Shown: positions 1-10,749, numbered from the stretch's first letter. The stretch is 20,000 bases of DNA from Chiloscyllium plagiosum (GCF_004010195.1 NC_057720.1:23338057-23358056); one strand, 5' to 3'. Notes: generated by a model from the letters alone, not told the origin. Numbers and translations: made by a program.

Positions 1-930
1 TCCAAATGCCTCTTAAATTTTGCAATTGTACCAGCCTCCACCACATCCTCTGGCAGCTCATTCCATACCCGTACCACACTCTGTGTGAAAAAGTTACCCC
101 TTAGATCTCTTTTGTATCTTTCCCCTCTCACCGTAAACCTATGCCCTCTCGTTCTGGACTCCCCAACCCCAGGGAAAAGACTTTGCCTATTTACCTTACC
201 CATGCCCCTCATAATTTGTAAACCTCTATAAGGTCACCCCTCAGCCTCCGATGCTCCAGGGAAAACAGCCCCAGCCTGTTCAGCATTTCCTTATAGCTCA
301 AATCCTCCAACCCTGGCAACATCCTTCACAACATCTTTCCCATAGGAAGGAGATCAGAATTGCATGCAATATTCCAACAATGGCCTAACCAATGTCCTGT
401 AAGTCGCAACATGACCTCCCAACTCCTGTACTCAATACTCTGACCAATAAAGGAAAGCATACCAAACACCTTCTTCACTATCCTATCTACCTGTGACTCC
501 ACTTTCAAGGAGCTATGAACCTGCACTCCAAGGTCTCTTTGTTCAGCAACACTCCCTAGGACCTTCCCATTAAGTGTATAAGTCCTGCTAAGACTTGATT
601 TCCCATAATGCAGCACTTCGCATTTTTCTGAATTAAACTCCATCTGCTACTTCTCAGCCCATTGGCCCATCTGGTCAAGATCCTGTCATAATCTGAGGTA
701 ACCCTCTTCGCTGTCCTCTACACATCCAATTTTGGTGTCATCTGCAAACTTACTAACTGTACCTCTTATACTCGCATCCAAATCATTTATGTAAATGACA
801 AAAAGTAGAGGGCCCAGCACCGATCCTTGTGGCACTCCACTGGTCATAGGCCTCCAGTCTGAAAAACAACCCTCCACCACCACCCTTTGTCTTCTACTTT
901 TGAGCCAGTTCTGTATCCAAATGGTTAGTT
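1..930 (-). mobile_element. CR1-clade LINE (HER1-like) fragment, RT C-terminal region; runs off the window start
   Basis: Minus-strand ORFs 686-883 ([22 protein letters not shown]...SKFADDTKIG) and 326-643 (MEFNSEKCEVLHYGK...QRDLGVQVHSSLK) are typical CR1 RT sequence. Collinear with the copy at 12480-13415. Confidence 0.95.
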
Positions 931-934
931 TATC

Positions 935-1420
935 ATCAATGAATGATCACTTCATACAGTTGAGATCTATAGGGTGTCAATTCTGTCCTGTTTGGCTTGT
1001 TATGCCTGACATTGTACTGCTGGTGATGGTGGTTATGGTGATGATTGTCTTCCTCTGGTTCAAACTCCTCCTTTACCTCCTTGGTAGATTGCTGCTGCTC
1101 TCCCAACTCTTCAGCATCTATCACAACCCCTCTTTTGCCTGCTCCAGACATGCAGAGTACAATGTGCAAGGATTACATTGCATACTTTCTCTGGTCTATA
1201 CTGCAGGTACCCCCCCCCCCCATATTGACCAATCAGAACCTTATCTTTAGAAGGCCTTTAGGGCTTACTACCACCTTTCCTGGGGCAACTAGGGATGGGC
1301 AGTAAATGAATGACAAAAAAAAGACCCAATTTACCTCCTGAGCTCTAGGTCTACAACTCAATGATGCCGACTTTGTGAAGCACTGATGCCCCATCAATAC
1401 CATGGTGATGGTGATCATCA
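935..1420 (-). mobile_element. Decayed PIF/Harbinger (HARBI1-like) transposase C-terminal remnant
   Basis: Minus-strand translation gives GLLKIRF (1236-1256), then GYLQYRPEKVCNVILAHCTLH (1150-1212). This matches the Harbinger motif IGLLKxRFRCL...GGxLQYxPxKVCxIIxACCxLHN and is followed by an acidic tail (EELGEQQQ...EEFEPEED). Support is firm for 1100-1256; the outer limits are approximate. Confidence 0.75.
1259..1322 (+). mobile_element. Short 3' tail of a LINE/SINE family inserted in the Harbinger remnant
   Basis: ccacctttcctggggcaactagggatgggcagtaaatgaatgac(a)n resembles the reverse complement of the tail at about 7760-7820 (tttattgcctatcccttattgccc). Possible degenerate TSD aaggcc/aagacc. 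Confidence 0.6.
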
Positions 1421-1440
1421 ATTTTTTTTTCTATTCATGC

Positions 1441-1718
1441 ATTAGAACTCCTAAATCCATCTGTCCTACAGCTTTTTGCAGCTTTTCCCCATTTATGTAA
1501 TAATCAGCTCTTTAATCGTTCCTGCCAAAGCACAACCTCCCCCCCTCACATTTCCCGACAGTATATTCCATCTGTCAAGTTTTGCCTACTCATTACCCTA
1601 TCTATACCTCTCTAGACTATTTATTGCATCTTCACCACTTGCCTTCCCACCTATTTTTGTGTCATTTGCTAATTTGGTGATAGTATATTCACTTCTAATA
1701 TCCAAGTCATGATATTGA
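1441..1718 (-). mobile_element. Old, diverged CR1 LINE fragment (part 1; continues at 2896)
   Basis: ccacctatttttgtgtcatttgctaatttgg is the reverse complement of a KFADDTKIGG-like RT motif. The sequence continues collinearly after 2895. Confidence 0.8.
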
Positions 1719-2895
1719 TGTTGACGAGACACTGCTCACACACAAAGACAGTGGCTGTGTAGTTACCCAAGCCCTAGCTACTGACTCAAGCCAGTTTGAG
1801 CTGGTTCAGCTCTTAAGGATGACAAAAGGGGGAAATCCTTATTTAGTGGAAGAGTAATGAGGTAATCCTAAAGGTGACCTTGGAGTGAGCCTATAGTGGG
1901 AGGATACCAGCTCTCGGATGCACTGAGAGCCAACAAGAACAATCACCACCTTCGGGAAGCTCAGGAGAAAGGATAAAAAGGAAAGATTTCAGTGAGCCAT
2001 CAGCGAAAACATCAGAGAGCAACCTTCACTAAGTGCAACCCCATACTTGGAAGATGACCTCCAAAACCTTGAAATGATGCCCGGTCAGCACGAGCTTCTA
2101 CTCGTGGGTATTAGCTTCTATTTTGTTGACTGTTCTGGGAACATCAAGCTAAGTGAATTAGAAAGAATGAAAATTAGAATTAGCTTTATTGTCACATGTA
2201 TTCGAATGAGTACAGTGAAAAGTGTACAAGGTACCACTTACAGCACCATCTTAGGTCCAAGAGGTCCCTAGGTACAACTTCTTCAGTTACAGTTCTTCGA
2301 AAGAAAGAGAAGTAAAAAGTCCAGCATTACAAATCTTAGGAATAAATTATAAAATGGAGATCTTCCAACCCAGTCCATACTGGCAGCCAACCTCCAGTCC
2401 TCACCAGACCTTGACTCTAGACTGCGCTGGGCTTCACCTCAGGGTTCCTGAAGCTGGGAGATCACTGTGGAATCACCTCAAGATGGAAAAACCACACTGA
2501 GGTCATACCAGGCTGAGAGATCATCTTGTACTGCTGGAAGATCATCATGCCAGGCGGAGAGACTGCCCAACTGAGCTGCTGGGAGACCACCATGCCAAGC
2601 TGAGGGGACTCTGTGCCAGACAAAGACCTAATCTCATCAGGTCGGTGCTGAGGTCAGGAATTGCGAGATCAGGAAGTCGGAGGCTGCAAAGGACAGAGGT
2701 CGCTAGGTGGTATGTTTGAATTTTTAGCCTTGTATGAACTGCATGTTTGCTGTTAACCTTTTTCCAAACAAATGATGTGAATTGTGTATCTGCTTTAACT
2801 AAACTCATAAAGGTAGTGGTTACTTGATATTGACTTGACTCTTGTCTTCTCTGTGTGAGCCAATAACTCTTGTCAAGGGAGGCTATGGGACAACA
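1719..2895. mobile_element. Probable solo LTR inserted in the old CR1
   Basis: Starts TGTTG (1719) and ends CAACA (2895), a 5-bp terminal inverted repeat with TG...CA ends. Flanked by ttga/ttgt (4-bp TSD, one mismatch). It precisely interrupts CR1 RT sequence. Confidence 0.65.
2165..2707 (-). repeat. Unclassified interspersed repeat probably nested in the LTR, with degenerate internal tandem units
   Basis: Begins with a reversed retroposon-like tail (aattagaattagctttattgtcacatg; aataaa on the minus strand). Contains recurring gctgggagatcac / gctgagagatcatc / gctggaagatcatc / gctgggagaccacc units at 2453-2600. Boundaries are approximate. Confidence 0.4.
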
Positions 2896-3806
2896 TTGTA
2901 AATAATTGCAGCCCTCGCACTGATTCCTGTGGCACTCCACTAGTTACAAGTTGCCACCCTGAAAATGCTCCCTTTATCCAAATTCTCTATTTTCTATTAG
3001 TTAGCTAATCCCATATCCATGCTAATATACTCCATCCAATATTGCAGACTCGTCTTATTAAGGAGTCTAAAGTGTAGTACTTTACTGAACGTCTTTGGGA
3101 ACTCAAAATATAATACAAGTACTCATTCCTCTTTATCTATCCTGATTGTTATCTCTTCAAATGGGTATAATACATGTGTCAGGCATGATTTCCCCTCAAA
3201 GCCATAATGACTCTTCTTGATTATGTGTTCTTAGATACTCTGCTATAAGATCCTTTATAATAGATTAATATTTTCCCAATGACAGACGTTAAGCCAACTG
3301 GCCTAAAGTTACTTGTTTCTCATCTCCCCTTTTGAATGAAATGTTATATTGACAGTTTTCTAATCCTATGGAACATTTTTAGATTACAACTCGTGTATCC
3401 ACTATCTCTGTAGCTATTTCCTTTAAAATCCCCGAATGTAATCCATCAGGTCCGGGGACTTATTAGCCTTTACCCCCATCTTTTTTCCCTAATACATGTT
3501 TCTCTAGTGATAGTTATTTAGTATTGTTGAAATGTTATTAGTGTCGTCTATTGGGAAGACTGATGCAAAGTATTTGTTTGACTTCTCTGCCATTTCCAGG
3601 TTCCCCAGTTTTATTTCATCACTCTTGTTTTTAAACGGGCCAATTTATTATTGCCTCACTTTCCCTTTTCTTATATTTAAAGAAGCTCATACTGTCTGTT
3701 TCTATGTTACTTGGTGATTTTCCCTTATCATTTTTTCTCCCTTTTTTGCGGTCATTGTTTGTTCACATTTAAAGACATTCCCAATCCTCTGATTTATCCC
3801 TAATCA
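2896..3806 (-). mobile_element. Old, diverged CR1 LINE fragment (part 2, RT N-terminal half)
   Basis: gcactgattcctgtggcactccactagt is the reverse complement of TSGVPQESV (GVPQGSV motif). aggcatgatttccc corresponds to GKSCL, and ccatcaggtccgggga to SPGPDG. Confidence 0.85.
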
Positions 3807-4024
3807 TAAAGACAAGGCAAGACATAGATGCTTTGAACAGCCAAGGTGGTGCAAAGTGAGGGAGAACAAATAAGAAATCAAAGAGTCCTGAGATGCACCC
3901 TGCTTTAATGTATGAGAGGAGTTCCTGTCTCTGGACACAGAGTGGTCTGGTAGTAATATTGTAGTGAAAGGTTTTGATGAGTTTTAAGTGCAGTAATGAA
4001 GTGGTGAATTCTATTATAAGTGTG

Positions 4025-4393
4025 TTGGAGATGTGCTATAACAACATGGTTAAAGTCAGAAGCCGCATGACACCAGACTATAGTCAGGTTTATTTGAAAT
4101 CACAAGCTTTTGGAGCCCTGCTCCTTCATCAGGTGAAGTGGAGTGAAGTGCACAGGCACAGAATTTATATGCAGAGAGATAACGGCAAGATAATTCCAAA
4201 ACATTAAGTGTCAAAAGGTAAGTACAAATAGTGTGAATGAAATGTTGACAGACTGAATAACACCCTTTGCAGGTGATCAAAAGTGTTAAATGGTGTGAGT
4301 AAAGTGTCAACAGCTGACTAGCAAGTGAAGGGATGACCTATGAACTGATTAATTAAGGCAGAGAGGTAATTATGAAAAAATCAAAGGCTGGTG
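4025..4393 (-). mobile_element. Penelope-like element 3' terminal (pLTR) fragment
   Basis: Homologous to 19465-19620 (gacaccagactatagtc-aggtttatttg...gctccttcatcaggtg...cacagaatttata). Carries a hammerhead motif. Confidence 0.75.
4101..4135 (-). ncRNA. Degenerate minimal hammerhead ribozyme motif
   Basis: Minus strand reads CAC-CUGAUGA-A-GGAGC-AGG-GCUCC-AAAA-GC-UU-GUG. Stems I and II are intact, but GAAA has become AAAA (G12A, consistent with CpG decay). Confidence 0.65.
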
Positions 4394-6296
4394 CATGACC
4401 TATGCCAACGTCTTTGATGGGGTGCACTGCCCACGGAGTGTAGTGTGAGCTATTGGGTAATGCTGGCCAAGATGGAGGACCAGAGGAACAAGAGACAACC
4501 TGGATTCACCTGATACTCACTCAAACTTCTATATGGGGAACTGTTACTCTCTAGTTTCTCTCCACTGCCTGGGAAAATTAATAGTTGCATATAAATGATT
4601 AGGAATGAAATGGAATGCATGTAACTGGGTCCTTCATTGCTTACTAGCAAGACTTCCATTTTATTGCCATAACCTTGGGTAGAACATTAGACTTTCTTAT
4701 CTTGATATCAATATCTAATTTTTCTGAAATAAACCCATTTTCCCAACTATCACGTCTTTGTCTATATGTTTTTAAAGGCTGAGGAAATTTCATCCTATAT
4801 CATGTTTACTACAAGAGACCAAAAGAAGGCTTTCATCATCCAAACTAGACCATATGGGCTCTGGAGAATTGTATACCTAGAAGGCATTGATGACAGTACA
4901 GATAACATGCTATTTAGTCTCATTATTTAACAGATACTAAATATATTACAGGAGTTGAAGACAATGTGTATCATACCAGGGGAAATTATTGTGATCAACA
5001 AACTAAAGGTTTTGTTAAGTATAGGTTTACCAAGCGTGAAAATGAGAGTGGCTGAGAGGTCAATAGCGACAGATGTAATTTGATGAATGGAGGGCAAAAG
5101 ACATTTGGAAGTATTGTTGCTCAGTTGTAAATGGTTTGGGGAAGGGTTAATTCCAGAGTTGAATGCAGAGGGCTTGAGTTGGAGAATGTGGGTGGTATGG
5201 AAATTAAAAAAAGAGATCAAAGATGATCTTGTCAGTGATTTAGACCATGGGACCAGTGACCATGTGAGTTGGCAATTTGGGTCTGAATTCGTTTTTTAAA
5301 ATGCTGGTCAAAAATCTCAGCAGCATAAATTCTAACAGCAATAATTACCATAAACACTGCTGAATTAAATTACATACTAAGGCTCAGGAATCTAATGGGT
5401 GTAGCATATGTGAGCGCAGAGTTTTGTTCTTTGTTGCTGTGGCAACTCAATTTTATTGTCTTGGAAGATTTGCACACTGCTAAGGCTTGCAATATTCAGT
5501 CAATGCTATTCCAGAGTGACTAGAAATTTAGACTATGAATTCCCAGCATTGTTTAAGGCATATTGGAAGCATCAATTTGATAGTAGAAAATTTGCTTCAT
5601 TTGTTCTTTGCTGAAGGAAGAATCTTTGCATATACAAATTCATAGTTTATCTCCATGTCAATTTGCTATCTATGACTGACTGATAAAACAGTCATGATAC
5701 AGTTGTTTACTGGTAATGAATGATATTGGTTCGTAATTGCATATAATTTGTTTTAGCGGCTTATTTCATAAGAATGAATCAGCAGTTGACAAAAGTAGCA
5801 TACAGCACAGTTCCATGTTTCTTCAGTTGATGAAAATTGTCATTAAAAAGCCTTTCAATATCTAACACTACCTACTCAGCAAAACGTTTCCTGTCATTTA
5901 AAGACATCTCTGATTTGCCAGGGTTGAAACCCTGAAACATAGCTGAAATACCAAGCATTGTCCAAGCAAAGGCCTGCAGAAATGTTCAATAAATGCGCGA
6001 GAAGTTTTATAGATTGTGATTCTAATCTGCACAAAATGTGAAATTATAAGCCGATGAAGAGATTGTTTTTTTCAAATTTGCCAAAGCAGTTGAGAAAATG
6101 CTGAAAAGAAGTTCTATAAGCATATTAATGGGTTGGAAAGGTAGACCAAACATTGATTTTAAAGCAGCATGTGGCATTGTACAGATTGCAGTGTGACTTA
6201 TTGTTTTCAAGGCAAAAAGGGAGAAAATCATAAATTCCATTTCCACAATACCCACAATAATCTTGCAATCTCAAGTATAAAGAAATGATTTTGCAG

Positions 6297-6441
6297 CATC
6301 TTAATTGCTTAAGCCCAAAGTTCTGGAATTTTCTCTCTATCACTCTTTAGCTCCTTTAAGTTATTCCTCAAGTCCATTTCCTTGACCTTGGGAATCATTT
6401 ATTATGTTAAAGATGCTATACAAATATAAACTTTTGTTGTT
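6297..6441 (+). mobile_element. Ancient L2-like LINE 3' end remnant
   Basis: gcccaaagttctggaatt...ctcctttaag...ccttgggaatcatttattatgttaaagatgctatacaaatataaacttttgttgtt resembles the L2-type 3' end with its (gtt)n tail. Confidence 0.55.
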
Positions 6442-6619
6442 AACTGTGAATTAATGAATTTTCAGACCTTCAGAACGTATAAGAAACCAACTCAGTAATT
6501 TTAATGTGCTATTTCTCAAAGGCTGCTTTAATAGAGCTGAAACTGAAACTGTCATTTTTTTGATCAGTGGCAAACTGAAGGAACCCATAGTTCCTGAAAT
6601 TACCCACTAAATAAAAACA

Positions 6620-6730
6620 AGAACAGCCCCTTTAATCTCAAACTTACTCTCCTGTTCACAGTTGATCTGTACATCATTTCCATTTGTTCATTTTTGTTCA
6701 CTAACCCTTGGAATCCTTACCTAGTAATTA
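6620..6730 (-). mobile_element. Ancient CR1 3' UTR remnant
   Basis: cagcccct...tgatctgtacatcatttccattt...taacccttggaatccttaccta resembles a reversed CR1 3' UTR. Heavily diverged. Confidence 0.45.
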
Positions 6731-6739
6731 CTATATTGA

Positions 6740-7065
6740 ATCTCATAGCAGATAAACAGTCTGTTTGACATAACAGGTATATGCTCCATATGAGCCTCTT
6801 TCTAACTTGACTTTACCTGGCTTTATGAACATGACCTTGTTTTCAGTTTTCCAATGTATTTAAGCTTCCTCAAAAAGAATCTCATCATTGGCAATCACTC
6901 ACTAACTAGTCTGATTGTCCACCTAGGAAATTCTGCATCACTGGTCAATAGAAAAAAATCTATACTAATTGCCTCAACCTCTTGTGAATTCTACATTCGC
7001 ACCAGCCTTTCAAGTTTCTCCTGAACTTCTTAGTAGATTTATTAACAAATTATATTTACGAATCC
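6740..7065 (-). mobile_element. Ancient CR1 3' end remnant with an internal ~80-bp interruption
   Basis: tatgctccatatgagcctc, tctatactaattgcctcaacc, ttctacattcgcacca and aagtttctcctgaac resemble the reversed CR1 ORF2 end and 3' UTR. Confidence 0.5.
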
Positions 7066-7146
7066 TAAACAAATGGAAGCAACTTTGCCATTTAGAAAAC
7101 TTTATCAAATAGTGCTGAAGATATCAATTATCCTTACAGCACTTGG

Positions 7147-7460
7147 TGGGCAGCACGGTGGCACAGTGGTTAGCACTGCTGCCTCACAGCGCCAGAGACC
7201 CGGGTTCAATTCCCGCCTCAGGCGACTGACTGCGTGGAGTTTGCACGTTCTTCCCGTGTCTGCGTGGGTTTCCTCCGGGTGCTCCGGTTTCCTCCCACAG
7301 TCCAAAGATGTGCAGGGTCAGGTGAATTGGCCATGCTAAATTGCCCGTAGTGTTAGGTAAGGGGTAAATGTAGGGGAATGGGTGGGTTTCGCTTCGGCGG
7401 GTCGGTGTGGACTTGTTGGGCCGAAGGGCCTGTTTCCACACTGTAATCTAATCTAATCTA
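7147..7460 (+). mobile_element. HE1-type V-SINE (tRNA-derived), full length
   Basis: Pol III A box TGGCACAGTGG and B box GGTTCAATTCC. V domain gtggagtttgcacgttc...gggtgctccggtttcctcccacagtccaaaga. CR1-like 3' tail and (aatct)n end. Confidence 0.95.
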
Positions 7461-7740
7461 TAGGTTTACAGTGAGATGGGAAAGATATAAAAGAGACCTA
7501 AGGGCAACTTTTTCATGTCGAGGGTGTTACGTGTGTGGAATGAGCTGCCAGAGGAAGTGGTGGAGCTAGTACAATTGCAACATTTAAAAGGCATCTGGAT
7601 GGGTATATGAATAGGCAGGGTTTGGAGCGATATTGGCCAGGTGCTGGGAGGTGGCACTAGATTGGGTAGGGATATCTGGTCGGCATGGACAAGTTGGACC
7701 GAAGGGTCTGTTTCCATGCTGTACATCTCTATGACTCTAT
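7461..7740 (+). mobile_element. CR1/HER1-like LINE 3' end
   Basis: Encodes ERYKRDLRGNFF...VWNELPEEVVE, followed by the 3' UTR ending ctctatgactctat. Reverse-complement match to 12330-12620. Confidence 0.92.
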
Positions 7741-7754
7741 AAAGAGATGGTGGG

Positions 7755-8075
7755 CTTTTTAAAATTTGTTCACAGGTGTCACTGACCAGGCAAACCTTTA
7801 TTGCCTATCCCTTATTGCCCAGAGGTTGTTAAGCGTCAACCACATTGCTGTGGTTCTGGAGTCACAGGTAGAGTAGACTGGCAGTTTTCTTCCCTGAAGG
7901 ACAGTAGTGAACTAGATGGGTTTTTCCCCAACATTTGACAATGGATTCATGGTCATCATTAGACTGTTAATTCCAGATTTATTAAATTCAAATCACACTA
8001 TTTGCTGTAGCAGGATTTGAACCCAGGTCCCCAGAACATTACCTGGATCTCTGGATTAACAGTCAAGTGACAATT
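7755..8075 (-). mobile_element. Older tRNA-derived SINE (family not assigned)
   Basis: B box GGTTCAAATCC on the minus strand (8013-8023). Its 3' tail is shared with 1259-1322. Confidence 0.75.
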
Positions 8076-8173
8076 GGTTCCCTTTCGATGACGGATGGTT
8101 AACTAGGATTGTGGAGTCTCCATGTAACATGACAAAAACCAAGAAAGATCCAAACTAACAACCAATTAACTAA

Positions 8174-8558
8174 AAACAAAAAATGCTGGAAATCACAATG
8201 GGTCAGGCAGCATCCATGGAGAAAAAACAAACTAACATTTCGATGGCTGTTCATCAGAATTGATGCAAAGTGTAGAGGGGGCAACACTGATGCAATTGTT
8301 TGGAGGGGGGCTTGGTTGGCGTGCTGGGGAAGAAAGGATACTGAAAGAGCAGATTAAGTGATTCAAATGTGAGAAGGGCAGAACAACGGTGTGTCTAACT
8401 GCCAAACTGGAAAGAACAGATAGTCCCACTGGGGTGGGGGTGGGGGTGGGGGTGAGGGGAGAGAGGATATGGTGACAGAGAATGCAACAAATAAAGATAA
8501 AAGAGAGGGAAGAAATTAATGAGTTCACAATCTGAAGGTGTTGAAATCAATATTAAGT
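8174..8558 (-). mobile_element. Penelope-like element 3' fragment with 12-bp TSD
   Basis: Perfect direct repeat ccaattaactaa at 8162-8173 and 8559-8570. Its end (tgctggaaatcacaatgggtcaggcagcatcc) is homologous to 18924-18955. Carries a decayed hammerhead at 8232-8260 (CUGAUGA...GAAA with stem II collapsed). Confidence 0.8.
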
Positions 8559-8574
8559 CCAATTAACTAACCTG

Positions 8575-9280
8575 GATCTACAGGAAAGCATCTCGTCACT
8601 TACATGAAACAGCACTTCCTAATTTCATTCTTAACCTAGATCTAATTAGAAAAGTATGTAGCCTTTAGTGTTTCTCCCCACCACAAGGAATTGATTTTCT
8701 GTATCTATGCTGTTTATTCATTTTATCATGTTTTTAAAAAATAGATTATAGATTACCCCTCTAAGATTGGAACCTGTTCTAATAAATTATTCCTCTGAGC
8801 CTTTCCATAATTCTGGTGAATCTACATTATACTCATCTAAAGCCAATATATTTTTTCCTGAGATTCATTTTTCAAATTGAGAGCTTTGGCCCTTTTAGGC
8901 TCTGGTCAGGGCTCTGTACAATTAAATTCAATCACCTTGAGATTAATTAACTTTTTAAAATATTTTTTTAAAATCCCCCTGTACCAGTTATTAAGACCTC
9001 AGTAATTAGACACTAAATCCCTTTGTGCCAACGTAGATCCTAGTGCCTCATTATGAAAAGAATTGTCACTTATTTCTCCCAGATCCAAAATGGATGACCA
9101 TATATTGAACTTCTTTTGCCTTACCTCTGCCCATTCAATTAATTTCTCCTTCGTAATTTTCTGCTCGCACCCATGGAACTTATTCTGTTTCCTAGATCAG
9201 TGACAAATGTGATTATCTACTTTCTATTCCTTGTTCCAAAGCACTACTATATAGTTGTGACTGCAGCTGGAGGAGGTCCC
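8575..9280 (-). mobile_element. Ancient, heavily decayed CR1 fragment
   Basis: Scattered reversed CR1 RT and C-terminal signatures: ccccaccacaaggaa, tagattacccctcta, ccataattctggtgaatctac, ccaaaatggatgacc, tgcccattca. Confidence 0.6.
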
Positions 9281-10097
9281 ATTGGTCTATCAATATCAAC
9301 ATAAAATTAAAAATGACATGTTTTCTAGTTATTAAGATGACCAATTAAATACTTTATCTATATCAGATTATAAATGACAAGACCTATCAAACAGGCTTCT
9401 CAGTTATCCGCACCAAAATTATTCAATAAAATGGTTAATATACACAGTCAATAACATTGAAATGTAAATATTCATCCCTCCAGAATCCCCAAAGCACATC
9501 ATCAGACACATGTTTTTCAGAAAAGAGAAAGAAAGCAGATTTCTGTACCAGACTGGCTATCTGAAAAATTGAACACTTTGACCAATGAATTATTATGTAA
9601 GGTAAATGGATAAAGCGTGGAAAGTTCTGGAGTCTGTTGCTTTGACATTCTGATTGGTGTGTTCGAGTCACTAATCTTGCATGGTTGTCTGGTAAATCTT
9701 GCAGACATAGTTTGCAGAGGAAATTAAAAAATGGAGTTGTTTTTTCTATCACTTTTCAAAAGAACAAACAGCTTGCACCCTGAGCTTAACAAAGAAGTTT
9801 ATTTTTCAGAAATGAAAAAGATCAGCTGGATAGACTGTTTATAGTTTTTTTTTTCTCTAGTTCAGCTTGTTACCAGCAGGCCTCCCTCCAACTGAACCAA
9901 ATAAAACAAGCACTTATCCAACCAATTGCTGTTCAAAACAGCCCCAGCAGAGTAGACAGCAAAGCAAGCTGTTGTCACCAGTCATCTGATTTACTGGAAG
10001 CTTTGTTCAAATCTCTAATGTTCACAAAGAACTTTCAATAAATGCTTTAAAGAAACCACTCCAGGTATTTCCACAAAACTTCAAATAAATCAATTTT

Positions 10098-10315
10098 CTG
10101 CAATCCTTCAAAACTAATGTCCTCTAAGAAATAATGAAGTCTAATCAATTTTTTTTTATATTGAAAGGCTCCAGGGGAACACCAGGACATTCTCTTTATC
10201 CATTTCCCATATTCTTTGTCACTTCTTTTCCAACCAATTACAGAGCAATGTTTCAAAATTACTTCTAATTCTGTGTGCTATAATTTTTTCCAATAAAATC
10301 TCACACAGTCTTAGC
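10098..10315 (+). repeat. Left (source) arm of a near-perfect inverted duplication
   Basis: 218 bp; reverse complement of 10750-10965 apart from one substitution and a T9 versus A7 run-length difference. Confidence 0.95.
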
Positions 10316-10524
10316 TAATATCCACAGTCATTCTCCTTCCCACCATTATAAGAATGGAACAAAGGAACAGAATTGGAAAACTTCTTCAATAACATGGGAG
10401 ACTGTTCACATTTTTTATAAAAATCTACTAGCCTCATTTTAACCAAAAGAACTATGCCACAAGGTATCGTTGCCTGAACAAAAACAAACTTTATTGTACC
10501 TAAAATGTCTGAACAAAACAACAA

Positions 10525-10707
10525 TGGATGTAAATTTGCTGACTGAGCTGGAAGGTTCATTTTCAGACCTTTCATCACCTTACTAGATGATACCATCAGT
10601 AAGCCTCCGGATAAAGCACTGATGGCATGGCCAAGTTTCTATTTATGTGTTTAGGGTTCCTTGGGTTGGTGATGTCATTTCCTGTGTTGACATAATTTCC
10701 TGTGATG
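10525..10707 (-). mobile_element. Penelope-like element, inverted pLTR portion
   Basis: Diverged reverse complement of about 11580-11752 (ctgagctggaaggtt versus aaccttccagctcag; tttctatttatgtgtttagg versus cctaaacacctaaatagaaa). Degenerate hammerhead at 10564-10602 (CUGAUGG...AUCAUC/GGUGAU-GAAA-GGUC). Confidence 0.8.
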
Positions 10708-10749
10708 ATTTACAAAATACCTTGCAAGAACTGTAATGAACAGTTATAG

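Noticed and set aside
795..1250. 151-aa hydrophobic ORF resembling a membrane protein
   Set aside because: It is the antisense reading across a CR1 fragment and the Harbinger low-complexity tail; the hydrophobic run comes from reversed His/Glu/Gln codons.
4840..5299. Possible LINE endonuclease remnant (LVSDL...GTSDH in ORF 5087-5299)
   Set aside because: Only one short SDH-like motif with no other APE motifs recognisable; too weak to call.
5909..5942. Hammerhead look-alike: ctgatttgc-cagggtt-ga-aaccctg-aaac
   Set aside because: A 7-bp hairpin is present, but the core reads CUGAUUU rather than CUGANGA and there is no PLE context; probably chance.
7147..7225. tRNA-like sequence with A and B boxes (also at 10978-11055)
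   Set aside because: These are SINE heads continuing into the V domain and LINE-derived tail, not tRNA genes.
7073..7441. Overlapping ORFs repeated at 10936-11271 (MDCGRKPEHPEETHADTGRTCKLH)
   Set aside because: Spurious translations of the HE1 SINE V domain.
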